Both the position numbers and the translations under genes were made by a program. A stretch of DNA of 58,003 bases from Chiloscyllium plagiosum (Eukaryota), in assembly GCF_004010195.1 (NCBI RefSeq), contig NC_057760.1, positions 2,862,745 through 2,920,747 on the forward strand, written 5' to 3'. Of this stretch, positions 36,809 to 49,392 are shown one piece after another (position 1 is the first letter of the stretch; each line of letters begins with the position of its first letter). The notes below the pieces were generated by a model. That model worked only from the letters and a program-made list of their open reading frames with translations, made no database searches and was not told where the DNA came from.

Positions 36809-37436
36809 GTCTTTTCAGTAGCACTCTATCAAACACCTTTCAAAGACCATGTACACCACACCAACAGCACCACCCTCATCGAGCCTTGCTGTTCTGTTCA
36901 AAAAACTCCAAGTTAATTAGACAATTTCCCCCAAACAAATCTGCGCTGACACTTGCGAATCACTCCACGTTTTCCATGTGACTCTTAATCTATGCAGAAC
37001 AATGTTCTTGAAATTTCCACACCACTGCTGTTAAATCATCTGGAACTGCGAGAGCACTTCTGCAACTATGTTTGTGTGAGGATGAAATGTTTGCTGTTCT
37101 CTAATCTTTTGGATTAGCCCCAATCCAGGGAAAATTGAAAGATTATCATCAACACCTCTGCAGTTTCCACTCTCATGACCTTTAGTATCTTTAGATACAT
37201 TTCGCTTGGTTCCCAAGTCTCATCACCTTCAAGTGTTGCACTGATAGAAAGTATTGGATATACTAATTAAATTACATACCATTCTAATGATTTGAGTTTC
37301 TTTCTCTGTCACTGTAGTTTGTGCAGCATCTGTTTCGTGGGTAGAGATAGATGCCAAGTATTCATTTAACACCTCAGTCATGTCTCTCACCTCAGAGTGT
37401 AAATACTGATTTCAATCCCAATTAATCCTCAGCTGC

Positions 37437-37936
37437 NNNNNNNNNNNNNNNNNNNNNNNNNNNNNNNNNNNNNNNNNNNNNNNNNNNNNNNNNNNNNNNN
37501 NNNNNNNNNNNNNNNNNNNNNNNNNNNNNNNNNNNNNNNNNNNNNNNNNNNNNNNNNNNNNNNNNNNNNNNNNNNNNNNNNNNNNNNNNNNNNNNNNNNN
37601 NNNNNNNNNNNNNNNNNNNNNNNNNNNNNNNNNNNNNNNNNNNNNNNNNNNNNNNNNNNNNNNNNNNNNNNNNNNNNNNNNNNNNNNNNNNNNNNNNNNN
37701 NNNNNNNNNNNNNNNNNNNNNNNNNNNNNNNNNNNNNNNNNNNNNNNNNNNNNNNNNNNNNNNNNNNNNNNNNNNNNNNNNNNNNNNNNNNNNNNNNNNN
37801 NNNNNNNNNNNNNNNNNNNNNNNNNNNNNNNNNNNNNNNNNNNNNNNNNNNNNNNNNNNNNNNNNNNNNNNNNNNNNNNNNNNNNNNNNNNNNNNNNNNN
37901 NNNNNNNNNNNNNNNNNNNNNNNNNNNNNNNNNNNN
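37437..37936. other. 500-N scaffolding gap
   Basis: Exactly 500 N, the same size as 55937-56436, so probably a fixed-size join of unknown true length. Confidence 0.95.
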
Positions 37937-38278
37937 CGACACGTGTCCATCCTGCTGACACACTGTGATCCTCAGCTTCATTCCTGGGTCCTGGGTACGC
38001 AGTCAGTGCTGAGAAGACGGCGGTGGCTGTAGTCAGTACCAACAGAGATGGGGGTCAATATTGATGGGGGTAGATGTGGTCAGTCAATATTGATGGGGTG
38101 GATCTTCAGGAAAGGGTCAGTGTTGACCCTGGAGGAGGGGAGGTGGTCAGTCAATGTTGACAGGAAAGGGGCAGTATTATCTGGGGGTGCTGGTGTCCGG
38201 GAGACAGTCAGTATTACTGGAAAGTGTCTCCTCAGGTAGACCAGCCTACAGTCAGCTCAATTGCACAATGGTACCTAC

Positions 38279-38438
38279 CTAAATGCCTTGTACAGCGGTC
38301 TGTACCAACACACAAAGGAGCAGGGTGTGAACAGAAGCAGCCAGAGGATAGAAAGGCCAAAGTGTGTTCCAGCTTCAACATGAACGGTGAACCAGGCTAG
38401 ACTGCCCAGGAGATTGAGGAAGAGAACAACCGAGCTTA
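38279..38438 (-). CDS. SCAMP3: SCAMP3 exon 6 (TM1-TM2 and E-peptide [11 protein letters not shown]); downstream exons missing
   Basis: tcacag|TAAGC...TTTAG|gtagg, 160 bp. Encodes [54 protein letters not shown]. Confidence 0.95.
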
Positions 38439-38854
38439 CTGTGAACAAAGACAAACACCAGTTAAACCTTACAGTGACAGTAAGCAGCAGTCACTACACT
38501 GGCTCTCCATCTGAACACTGGCAGGATGATCTGTTAGTGTCCCTGGCCCCATTGAAGGAGCCCAGAGCAGCAGTGACAATACTGTACTCAGAGGGGATGA
38601 TGTGCACATAGTCAATGCTGGTCAATTCTTCACTCAGAGCAGTAAGGACATGGAATACCCTGCCTGCAACGGTAGTAGACTTGCCAACTTTAAGGGCATT
38701 TAAATGGCCATTGGACAGACACATGGATGATAATAGAATAGTGTAGGTTCGATGGGCTTCAGATCGATTCCACAGGTCGGCGCAACATCGACAGCCAAAG
38801 GGCGTGTACTGCGCTGGATGGTTCTATGTTCTCTGGTCTTTGTACAGTACTCAC

Positions 38855-38983
38855 ACATCCACAGGTAATACATCACGCTGACAGTCTTCTGGAAGTCCCG
38901 GGGAATGTCTGCCTTGATGTCGTGGTAGAAGCATGGCTTCACTGGGCAGAAGGAAGGCAGTGGAGGCCAATTATTCAGGGATA
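38855..38983 (-). CDS. SCAMP3: SCAMP3 exon 5 ([40 protein letters not shown])
   Basis: ttgcag|TATCC...ATGT|gtgagt, 129 bp. [12 protein letters not shown] and FQKTVSxMYYLWM are SCAMP3-type. Confidence 0.95.
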
Positions 38984-39520
38984 CTGCAAGCAAAACATGA
39001 ATGTAAGACCACCATGACAGGCTGATTGAACTGCAAACATGTTACCGAGAGCTACAGGTCACCCTTTTAATGGATAAAATTACCATGACATCTTTGTTCC
39101 AAACACTCCAAGGACAGGGACAGGGCAGATTCAGTGACAGAGTGAGGTTCCTCTTGCTCGGGGCTGACCCTCCAACAGCAGCACAGCACTACCTCAGCAC
39201 TGACTGGGGTGCTGTGCATGCCCGTACAAGGATGGCAAGGTGTTTCTGTGGTTAGCACTGACAGTGCCAGGGACACTTGGGTCTGCGTGGAGTTTGCACA
39301 TATTCCCGTGTGGCTGTGTGGATTTCCACTGGGTGCTCCAGTTTCCTCCCACAGTCCAAAGATGTGCAGGACAGGTGAATTGCCCTGCGTGACCAGTCGA
39401 GGGGGTGGGTCTGGGTGAGATGCTCTTCGGAGGAGCCTCAATCTGCACTGTAAGGATCCTATGACTATGCCTAGTGAGTTATAACTGGGACAGAGGGGAA
39501 TGCCGGACACTCAGACTCAC

Positions 39521-39638
39521 TGCTGGATGAGATGGCTGTGTTCTGGAGCTCTCTCTCCTTTCGGTCTAACTCGGCCGCTTTCTTCTCCAGCTCTTCCTGC
39601 TGCCTCAGCAGATCAGCTGTTAACATCGTCGTGGGCTT
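39521..39638 (-). CDS. SCAMP3: SCAMP3 exon 4 (coiled coil KPTTMLTADLLRQQEELEKKAAELDRKERELQNTAISSS)
   Basis: tttcag|AAG...AGCA|gtgagt, 118 bp, with the hallmark SCAMP QEELExKAAELDRxERELQ. Confidence 0.94.
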
Positions 39639-40411
39639 CTGAAAATCAACACAGCAGCTTTAACATCGGAGAATGGCCCGATGACAATGCAATCCAGATG
39701 TTGAATAAGACTGTCTGAGGACTTCAAGGAGGACAGAGGGATTTCAGGAGAAACTGGTGAAAGGGGGAACCTCAAGGAAATCTCAACCTGCAACGGTGTT
39801 CCCGGTCAGCCATCTCTCAGCTGGCAGGATACTGCATTCTATCTGGTCGAGGGTTGATTCCTGTTGAATGGAGCCAAGACTCATTCAATCAAGGATCTGG
39901 TGCTCTCCTTCTGCCAATGTGTGAGAGATATAGAGATGAGGGGTCCCACAGCTGTAGAGCACTGGCCTGAACCACATTACCCAGTAATACACCAGTGAGT
40001 ATGAGAGACCAGACTGGCTGTGACAGTGATGCTAATGTTAGCTGACTGGACACAGCACAGGCAAGTAGAAAGCAGGGGAAAACACACTGGCAAATTACAG
40101 CTCCCACACAGACCGAGTTCACCAAGCATCTGGCACAGAGCAACAGGGGCTGCAGAGAGCCGGGAGAGGGAGGGTATGTGTGTGTTTCATCGTGTGTGCC
40201 TGTATGGTCTGTGTATGTGCATGCCTGTGTGGGAGGCAGCTCTGTAGGAGTCTGTGTACTTGTGCATCTTACCGTATATATCTGTGATGTAGAGGTGCCG
40301 ATGTTGGAATGGGTTGGACACAGCGAAAAATCACAACACCAGGTTATAGTCCAACAGGTTTATTTGGAAGTGCTACTCCATCAGCGAGCTACCAGAGAAG
40401 GTTGGACTACA

Positions 40412-40910
40412 CAGAACAACCTCGATTATCCAAATGAGATGGGCGGGCACAATTTAGTTTGGATAATTGATTACTCAGTTAATCAATTAAATGCCTTTCC
40501 TCCGGGGCTCTGAGATTTTTTAAAAAAAAAGACCGCTCCCCATTCAGCAGCACACCGGCCCCAACCCCGTCCAACCATGCCTGCCCCCTCCACACACACA
40601 CACACACACACACCTTTTTACTGCAACATTTTGACAGATTCCACCTCTGCCCTGTACAGGACAATGTTGGAGAGATTATCTGGGGAAAGGGGGGGGGTTT
40701 GGGATACACCCCTCCGTAGAACTCCAGGAAAAGTGTGGGGAGAGAGAGAGCACGGGTGGTCCATCATTTGGAGATGGTGCCTGTTTAATCATTGTAAACA
40801 AAAGATCCAACCACTGTTGGAAACACGTCTTTGATGCAATGTCTATCGGGACCTTGCGATCTCCTTCGGATAATCTGATATTCGGATAATTGGTAATCGA
40901 GGTTCCTCTG
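40412..40910. mobile_element. Tigger/pogo-like non-autonomous DNA transposon (MITE)
   Basis: Terminal inverted repeats cagaacaacctcgattatcc and taatcgaggttcctctg, with TA at the right flank. It interrupts a foldback element at gttggacta|taacc. Confidence 0.6.
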
Positions 40911-41026
40911 TACGGTAACCGGGTGTTGCATGATTTTTCACGATGTAGAGTTGTGTGCACGTGCACCAGTGTTTGAGTTGGTGTCCGTGTGTGGGGGACG
41001 GAGTTGGGAAGGGATTGAGAACACAC

Positions 41027-41134
41027 CTGGGTTCCATATGAACGATGTTCTGTTGGACTCCGGGGATTCTGGCACACAGCCGGTTGCTCTGTTGGCTGAG
41101 GTGGGGGCAGCGGAGTGGTCTTGATGGGAGCAAA
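41027..41134 (-). CDS. SCAMP3: SCAMP3 exon 3 (FAPIKTTPLPPPQPTEQPAVCQNPRSPTEHRSYGTQ)
   Basis: tttcag|TTTGCT...CAG|gtgtgt, 108 bp, proline-rich. SPTE..SYGTQ resembles human SPTEPKNYGSYSTQ. Confidence 0.88.
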
Positions 41135-41215
41135 CTGAAAGACAGAAACAAGTCCATCAGCTGACCATGACCCTGTCACCATTTCCTACAGGCAGACTGA
41201 ACGGGCTCCATTCCC

Positions 41216-44200
41216 ATCCACGCACCGGCCCCGTTTCCCCCCTCCCCCACAGCGTATCCACGCACCGGCCCCGTTTCCCCCCTCCCCCACAGCGTATCCA
41301 CGCACCGGCCCCGTTTCCCCCCTCCCCCACAGCGTATCCACGCACCGGCCCCGTTTCCCCCCTCCCCCACAGCGTATCCACGCACCGGCCCCGTTTCCCC
41401 CCTCCCCCACAGCGTATCCACGCACCGGCCCCGTTTCCCCCCTCCCCCACAGCGTATCCACGCACCGGCCCCGTTTCCCCCCTCCCCCACAGCGTATCCA
41501 CGCACCGGCCCCGTTTCCCCCCTCCCCCACAGCGTATCCACGCACCGGCCCCGTTTCCCCCCTCCCCCACAGCGTATCCACGCACCGGCCCCGTTTCCCC
41601 CCTCCCCCACAGCGTATCCACGCACCGGCCCCGTTTCCCCCCTCCCCCACAGCGTATCCACGCACCGGCCCCGTTTCCCCCCTCCCCCACAGCGTATCCA
41701 CGCACCGGCCCCGTTTCCCCCCTCCCCCACAGCGTATCCACGCACCGGCCCCGTTTCCCCCCTCCCCCACAGCGTATCCACGCACCGGCCCCGTTTCCCC
41801 CCTCCCCCACAGCGTATCCACGCACCGGCCCCGTTTCCCCCCTCCCCCACAGCGTATCCACGCACCGGCCCCGTTTCCCCCCTCCCCCACAGCGTATCCA
41901 CGCACCGGCCCCGTTTCCCCCCTCCCCCACAGCGTATCCACGCACCGGCCCCGTTTCCCCCCTCCCCCACAGCGTATCCACGCACCGGCCCCGTTTCCCC
42001 CCTCCCCCACAGCGTATCCACGCACCGGCCCCGTTTCCCCCCTCCCCCACAGCGTATCCACGCACCGGCCCCGTTTCCCCCCTCCCCCACAGCGTATCCA
42101 CGCACCGGCCCCGTTTCCCCCCTCCCCCACAGCGTATCCACGCACCGGCCCCGTTTCCCCCCTCCCCCACAGCGTATCCACGCACCGGCCCCGTTTCCCC
42201 CCTCCCCCACAGCGTATCCACGCACCGGCCCCGTTTCCCCCCTCCCCCACAGCGTATCCACGCACCGGCCCCGTTTCCCCCCTCCCCCACAGCGTATCCA
42301 CGCACCGGCCCCGTTTCCCCCCTCCCCCACAGCGTATCCACGCACCGGCCCCGTTTCCCCCCTCCCCCACAGCGTATCCACGCACCGGCCCCGTTTCCCC
42401 CCTCCCCCACAGCGTATCCACGCACCGGCCCCGTTTCCCCCCTCCCCCACAGCGTATCCACGCACCGGCCCCGTTTCCCCCCTCCCCCACAGCGTATCCA
42501 CGCACCGGCCCCGTTTCCCCCCTCCCCCACAGCGTATCCACGCACCGGCCCCGTTTCCCCCCTCCCCCACAGCGTATCCACGCACCGGCCCCGTTTCCCC
42601 CCTCCCCCACAGCGTATCCACGCACCGGCCCCGTTTCCCCCCTCCCCCACAGCGTATCCACGCACCGGCCCCGTTTCCCCCCTCCCCCACAGCGTATCCA
42701 CGCACCGGCCCCGTTTCCCCCCTCCCCCACAGCGTATCCACGCACCGGCCCCGTTTCCCCCCTCCCCCACAGCGTATCCACGCACCGGCCCCGTTTCCCC
42801 CCTCCCCCACAGCGTATCCACGCACCGGCCCCGTTTCCCCCCTCCCCCACAGCGTATCCACGCACCGGCCCCGTTTCCCCCCTCCCCCACAGCGTATCCA
42901 CGCACCGGCCCCGTTTCCCCCCTCCCCCACAGCGTATCCACGCACCGGCCCCGTTTCCCCCCTCCCCCACAGCGTATCCACGCACCGGCCCCGTTTCCCC
43001 CCTCCCCCACAGCGTATCCACGCACCGGCCCCGTTTCCCCCCTCCCCCACAGCGTATCCACGCACCGGCCCCGTTTCCCCCCTCCCCCACAGCGTATCCA
43101 CGCACCGGCCCCGTTTCCCCCCTCCCCCACAGCGTATCCACGCACCGGCCCCGTTTCCCCCCTCCCCCACAGCGTATCCACGCACCGGCCCCGTTTCCCC
43201 CCTCCCCCACAGCGTATCCACGCACCGGCCCCGTTTCCCCCCTCCCCCACAGCGTATCCACGCACCGGCCCCGTTTCCCCCCTCCCCCACAGCGTATCCA
43301 CGCACCGGCCCCGTTTCCCCCCTCCCCCACAGCGTATCCACGCACCGGCCCCGTTTCCCCCCTCCCCCACAGCGTATCCACGCACCGGCCCCGTTTCCCC
43401 CCTCCCCCACAGCGTATCCACGCACCGGCCCCGTTTCCCCCCTCCCCCACAGCGTATCCACGCACCGGCCCCGTTTCCCCCCTCCCCCACAGCGTATCCA
43501 CGCACCGGCCCCGTTTCCCCCCTCCCCCACAGCGTATCCACGCACCGGCCCCGTTTCCCCCCTCCCCCACAGCGTATCCACGCACCGGCCCCGTTTCCCC
43601 CCTCCCCCACAGCGTATCCACGCACCGGCCCCGTTTCCCCCCTCCCCCACAGCGTATCCACGCACCGGCCCCGTTTCCCCCCTCCCCCACAGCGTATCCA
43701 CGCACCGGCCCCGTTTCCCCCCTCCCCCACAGCGTATCCACGCACCGGCCCCGTTTCCCCCCTCCCCCACAGCGTATCCACGCACCGGCCCCGTTTCCCC
43801 CCTCCCCCACAGCGTATCCACGCACCGGCCCCGTTTCCCCCCTCCCCCACAGCGTATCCACGCACCGGCCCCGTTTCCCCCCTCCCCCACAGCGTATCCA
43901 CGCACCGGCCCCGTTTCCCCCCTCCCCCACAGCGTATCCACGCACCGGCCCCGTTTCCCCCCTCCCCCACAGCGTATCCACGCACCGGCCCCGTTTCCCC
44001 CCTCCCCCACAGCGTATCCACGCACCGGCCCCGTTTCCCCCCTCCCCCACAGCGTATCCACGCACCGGCCCCGTTTCCCCCCTCCCCCACAGCGTATCCA
44101 CGCACCGGCCCCGTTTCCCCCCTCCCCCACAGCGTATCCACGCACCGGCCCCGTTTCCCCCCTCCCCCACAGCGTATCCACGCACCGGCCCCGTTTCCCC

Positions 44201-45824
44201 CCTCCCCCACAGCGTATCCACGCACCGGCCCCGTTTCCCCCCTCCCCCACAGCGTATCCACGCACCGGCCCCGTTTCCCCCCTCCCCCACAGCGTATCCA
44301 CGCACCGGCCCCGTTTCCCCCCTCCCCCACAGCGTATCCACGCACCGGCCCCGTTTCCCCCCTCCCCCACAGCGTATCCACGCACCGGCCCCGTTTCCCC
44401 CCTCCCCCACAGCGTATCCACGCACCGGCCCCGTTTCCCCCCTCCCCCACAGCGTATCCACGCACCGGCCCCGTTTCCCCCCTCCCCCACAGCGTATCCA
44501 CGCACCGGCCCCGTTTCCCCCCTCCCCCACAGCGTATCCACGCACCGGCCCCGTTTCCCCCCTCCCCCACAGCGTATCCACGCACCGGCCCCGTTTCCCC
44601 CCTCCCCCACAGCGTATCCACGCACCGGCCCCGTTTCCCCCCTCCCCCACAGCGTATCCACGCACCGGCCCCGTTTCCCCCCTCCCCCACAGCGTATCCA
44701 CGCACCGGCCCCGTTTCCCCCCTCCCCCACAGCGTATCCACGCACCGGCCCCGTTTCCCCCCTCCCCCACAGCGTATCCACGCACCGGCCCCGTTTCCCC
44801 CCTCCCCCACAGCGTATCCACGCACCGGCCCCGTTTCCCCCCTCCCCCACAGCGTATCCACGCACCGGCCCCGTTTCCCCCCTCCCCCACAGCGTATCCA
44901 CGCACCGGCCCCGTTTCCCCCCTCCCCCACAGCGTATCCACGCACCGGCCCCGTTTCCCCCCTCCCCCACAGCGTATCCACGCACCGGCCCCGTTTCCCC
45001 CCTCCCCCACAGCGTATCCACGCACCGGCCCCGTTTCCCCCCTCCCCCACAGCGTATCCACGCACCGGCCCCGTTTCCCCCCTCCCCCACAGCGTATCCA
45101 CGCACCGGCCCCGTTTCCCCCCTCCCCCACAGCGTATCCACGCACCGGCCCCGTTTCCCCCCTCCCCCACAGCGTATCCACGCACCGGCCCCGTTTCCCC
45201 CCTCCCCCACAGCGTATCCACGCACCGGCCCCGTTTCCCCCCTCCCCCACAGCGTATCCACGCACCGGCCCCGTTTCCCCCCTCCCCCACAGCGTATCCA
45301 CGCACCGGCCCCGTTTCCCCCCTCCCCCACAGCGTATCCACGCACCGGCCCCGTTTCCCCCCTCCCCCACAGCGTATCCACGCACCGGCCCCGTTTCCCC
45401 CCTCCCCCACAGCGTATCCACGCACCGGCCCCGTTTCCCCCCTCCCCCACAGCGTATCCACGCACCGGCCCCGTTTCCCCCCTCCCCCACAGCGTATCCA
45501 CGCACCGGCCCCGTTTCCCCCCTCCCCCACAGCGTATCCACGCACCGGCCCCGTTTCCCCCCTCCCCCACAGCGTATCCACGCACCGGCCCCGTTTCCCC
45601 CCTCCCCCACAGCGTATCCACGCACCGGCCCCGTTTCCCCCCTCCCCCACAGCGTATCCACGCACCGGCCCCGTTTCCCCCCTCCCCCACAGCGTATCCA
45701 CGCACCGGCCCCGTTTCCCCCCTCCCCCACAGCGTATCCACGCACCGGCCCCGTTTCCCCCCTCCCCCACAGCGTATCCACGCACCGGCCCCGTTTCCCC
45801 CCTCCCCCACAGCGTATCCACGCA
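41216..45824. repeat. Perfect 40-bp tandem array (~115 copies) in SCAMP3 intron 2
   Basis: Unit CGCACCGGCCCCGTTTCCCCCCTCCCCCACAGCGTATCCA with no variant visible. There is no stop codon on either strand. Confidence 0.97.
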
Positions 45825-46384
45825 TCCCTACACCCCCCCCCCCACCTACCTTTGGCAGCGTGTCATCAGCTGCCTTGGGGCCTCAATTCTGGGTTTCCCT
45901 CCCTGACCCTCTCCTGCTTCTTTCCCAAGTTGCTGGCCATTTTGTCCTGTTGTATTTTGTGCCTCTGTTTCAGTAGCTCTCTCGCGTTACAGATGGACTG
46001 TGAATCAGCGTGTAGTGTTTCCTCTGTAGTTCCCTTACATTCCCAACAGACTGTAAACAGTTGTGCTGTCAAATCGGTCTCGTCATTACCTGTTTATCAT
46101 TTCCCAAGAGCCCAGAACCTGACTTCACCCAGTACCTCCGAGCAATTGCCCAGCAAGCCAAGAAACAGGGGAAATTTCTGCACGAGTAGACCATCCTTAC
46201 CCATTAACACCCAAAAGCTTTTAACAGCTACTGAAGACCTTTATAAAAAAAGGCAGCAAAAATTTGGAAAGTAGGAAGCATCAGTGCCAATGGCTGCTTC
46301 GGAGGTTCCAGAACGAAGGATTTGATAACGAGTATGGCATTGGTGTCTGGTTGGTGATGTTGAATAAGCTTTGTCATTGTCAAT

Positions 46385-46900
46385 CAGGAAACATGGGCAT
46401 CACTGGCTGTGCCCAGCATTTACTGCCCATCCCTAGTTGCCCCTTGAGAAGGTGGTGGTGAGCTGCCTTCCCGAATCGCTGCAGTCCATGTGCTGTAGGG
46501 TAGGCCCACAATGCTGCTAAGGAGGGAATTCCAGGGAGCTGACCCAGCAACCCTGAAGGAACGGCGGTACATTTCCAAGTCAGGACAGTCAGCGGCTTGC
46601 TTGGAGTGCAACTTGCAGGTGTGGTGTTCCCACATACATACTCTTCTCCTTCTCGGAAACAGTAATGGGTTTGGAAGATGCTTTTTTTTTAACAAAAGGA
46701 GCCTTAGGGGGTTCCTGCAGTGCATCTTATAGATGGTGCACATTGCTGCTACTGAACGCCGGTGGGGGAGGGAATCAGAGTGAAAGCTGTTTTCCAGGAA
46801 GGTCATCAAGCGGGCTGCTTTTTCCTGCATGGTGAGATCGAGCTTCCTGACTGCTGTAGGAGCTGCCCCCATCCGGGAAAGTTGGGAGCATTCCATCACC
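46385..46900 (-). mobile_element. LINE 3' fragment (clade not resolved)
   Basis: GAAPTAVRKLD..QEKAARL..SLPHRRSVAAMCTIYKMHC..SFRVAGSAPWNSL is typical LINE ORF2 C-terminal sequence. Confidence 0.7.
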
Positions 46901-48662
46901 CTCTGACAACAAGGAAAGCTCCGCTTTCAGTGTGACTGCGACATCTTTTCCGTCCAATTTGAGAGCAGGCCTAGTTTCATGGAGAGCACCTCAAACAGTG
47001 TGGCACTCCTTTAGGCCTGTGCTAATATAGACAGCCTGCAGGAAGTTCTGAAGCCTCTGGAGATTCAGCAATTGGAAATAAACACAGAAAGCTTTTTCAA
47101 CAGACCCAAGGCTCACCTTCATTCAGTCTCAGGGTGGAGATGGAGATGGAGATCTGAATTCTGATAGTGTTAAGCTGAAAGGCTTGCAAATAGACAGGGT
47201 GCACAGGCAAACAGCTGAAGCTTAGTCTGATCAGACTTTTTCCTCAGATGGTGATGGCTAGCATGAGGGGACATAGCTTTAAATTGAGGGGTGATAGATA
47301 TAGGACAGATGTCAGAGGTAGTTTCTTTACTCAGAGTAATAGGGGCGTGGAATACACTGCCTGCAACAGGAGTAGACTCACCAACTTTAAGGGCATTTAA
47401 ATGGTCATTGGATAGGCATTTGCACGAGAATGGAATAGTGGGTTAGATGGGCTTCAGACTGGTTCCACAGGTCGATGCAACATTGAGGGCTGAAGGGCCT
47501 GTGCTGTGCTGTAATGTTCTATGTATAAACGCAGGAGCACAATCAACAATGCATCACAGGGAAAAGCACTGCAGGGACTCAGTTCCCCCAACACCTTCCA
47601 AAATCATTCCACACCAGATTCCCTTTCTGGGCTGAATTAATGACAGTTTCTCCTGGTCTTGTGGAAGAAGGAGTCAACGTTTTTGCTCCTGATGGCCTTC
47701 AAGCAACACACATTTGTGGCAGGAGGCGATGAGAATGGAACTATGCCAGCTGTGATGCACTTTGGGGCTAAATTATCCGTCTCATAGAATAGCCTCAGTT
47801 CCTAGAAGCTGGCCAAAGGCTGGGGAAACACTCATAGCATCTTCGTTCTTATACATTCCATAACAGCTTCCTCCACTGAATGGGTTTTGTACTTATCCAT
47901 TAAGACTGACAGCTCTCTCCATAGTCTAGGCACAGCATTCCTACCTAAGCCCAGCTCCAGTCACTGTACCACCATCCTGCTCATGGTGACTACTGCAATG
48001 AAATACAGAGCTGCCGCAAATTTCAATTCAAGCTGCTTTAAGAGGTTGCAATTTCTCATTTTCCCAGGATTATACACTGAACTGGAAGTTAGACTACTGT
48101 AACTGGAATACCAGGGAGGCTTTGCAATTTGAAAAATAAAGCTGAGCTGTGCAATACCATGTTGGAAGCAATAAGCGGGGAAATTTGAAACTGAACTTTT
48201 GAGTTAAAGAAATTCTGCCTAGCAACAGCCCCTGATTGAACAGTCTAGAGTTCAAAAAGCCGTTAACACCAAAATTAAATGGGAGAAGAAAAACATTCAG
48301 AGCCTACAGACAGATACCACCCTTGTTTCTCTCTGTGGAGGAGAAAGACAGATGGTTCAAGAAAGCTTAAATGAACCGCTGCAGCTCCCTGCTGTGGGCT
48401 GATCCACAATGCTGAATTCCCTCTCTAACAGACTGCACACAAACTGCAGTGGTCACTGTCACCTCAAGGGGAAACTAGGGACGATCAATACATGCTGGCC
48501 AGCCAACGATGCCCAGATCCCAAGAATGAGTGAAAAACAAATCCCACTTCACCTGGACAACATTGACATTGAAGACTGACATCACTGAAAATATCAGAAG
48601 GAAAGAATGATTTGAACTTCCATCCACAGAACTGGTTTCACCCTGTCTGGATTCTTTGACCA

Positions 48663-48796
48663 GGAGACAGTGAGGACTGCAGATGCTGGAGATCAGAGCT
48701 TAAAAATGTGTTGCAGGAAAAGCGGAGCAGGTCAGGCAGCATTCAAGGAGCAGGAGAATCGACGTTTCGGGCATAAGCCCTTCTTCAGGAATCTTT
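48663..48796 (-). mobile_element. Short non-palindromic Penelope-derived insertion with 13-bp TSD
   Basis: GATTCTTTGACCA at 48650-48662 and 48797-48809. Same terminus as the other family members. Confidence 0.8.
48757..48792 (-). ncRNA. Minimal hammerhead ribozyme motif in SCAMP3 intron 2, sense to the pre-mRNA
   Basis: Reverse complement reads AUUC-CUGAAGA-A-GGGC-UUAU-GCCC-GAAAC-GUC-GAUU. Confidence 0.68.
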
Positions 48797-49308
48797 GATT
48801 CTTTGACCATTGACAATGGATGCATTAGGTTGCCTGTCTGAATTGTGTATCTGCACCTGAGAGTTTTGAAAGGCTACATTCAAAGTCACAGAAATTATAA
48901 ATCCTTTCTCTTCAGTGCTGTTTTTAAGTGTGTTTGTACAAATCATTAACTTTACTGTTACTGAAGGAACGTGCTGTGGATTGCTTTTGTAGTCGGTAGA
49001 TGCCAGCTGGACAAAGTTGGGTCTCGGTGGTCTCAGTTGGAGTTTTATACATTTTTTAACGTCTTATGCAATGTGGAATACTATTGTTGGCGCAGCTTTT
49101 ACCTTTGACACTGGGATCTAATCAATGGGCTTATATACAGAACGACACATACCTGGGAGTGAATTACAGATTGGAATCAAACTGAGTGGCTCAGTGGGTT
49201 GATGTTTGAGGCTCAGACAGTTACCTACATGTTTTCCTTTGTTATCAAGCGCAATATCACTGGTTACTATTTGTAGTTAGTTTACGAGTGGCCTTCCAGT
49301 TCACATAC

Positions 49309-49392
49309 CTCTCTGCTTCCATCGAAGGGGTTGTAAAGCTGGTTCAGGGCAGGTTCTCGATGCTCAGTGCTATGCTCTAGAACTGCTGGATC
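49309..49392 (-). CDS. SCAMP3: SCAMP3 exon 2 (DPAVLEHSTEHREPALNQLYNPFDGSRE)
   Basis: ttatag|GATCCA...GAG|gtatgt, 84 bp. DPAV...YNPF matches SCAMP exon 2 (human SCAMP3 DPAVIQH...VYNPFETRE). Confidence 0.92.

Noticed and set aside
37937-38042. ORF TTATAVFSALTAYPG next to the gap as a SCAMP3 3' exon
   Set aside because: It does not match the expected SDSSF exon or the later transmembrane segments.
41216-45824. CRISPR-like array
   Set aside because: There are no unique spacers or cas genes, and the context is eukaryotic.
41157-45906. Four ~1550-aa ORFs (Gly-rich or Pro-rich 40-aa repeats)
   Set aside because: They are a by-product of a stop-free 40-bp unit: all frames are open, there is no synonymous variation, and the array is intronic.
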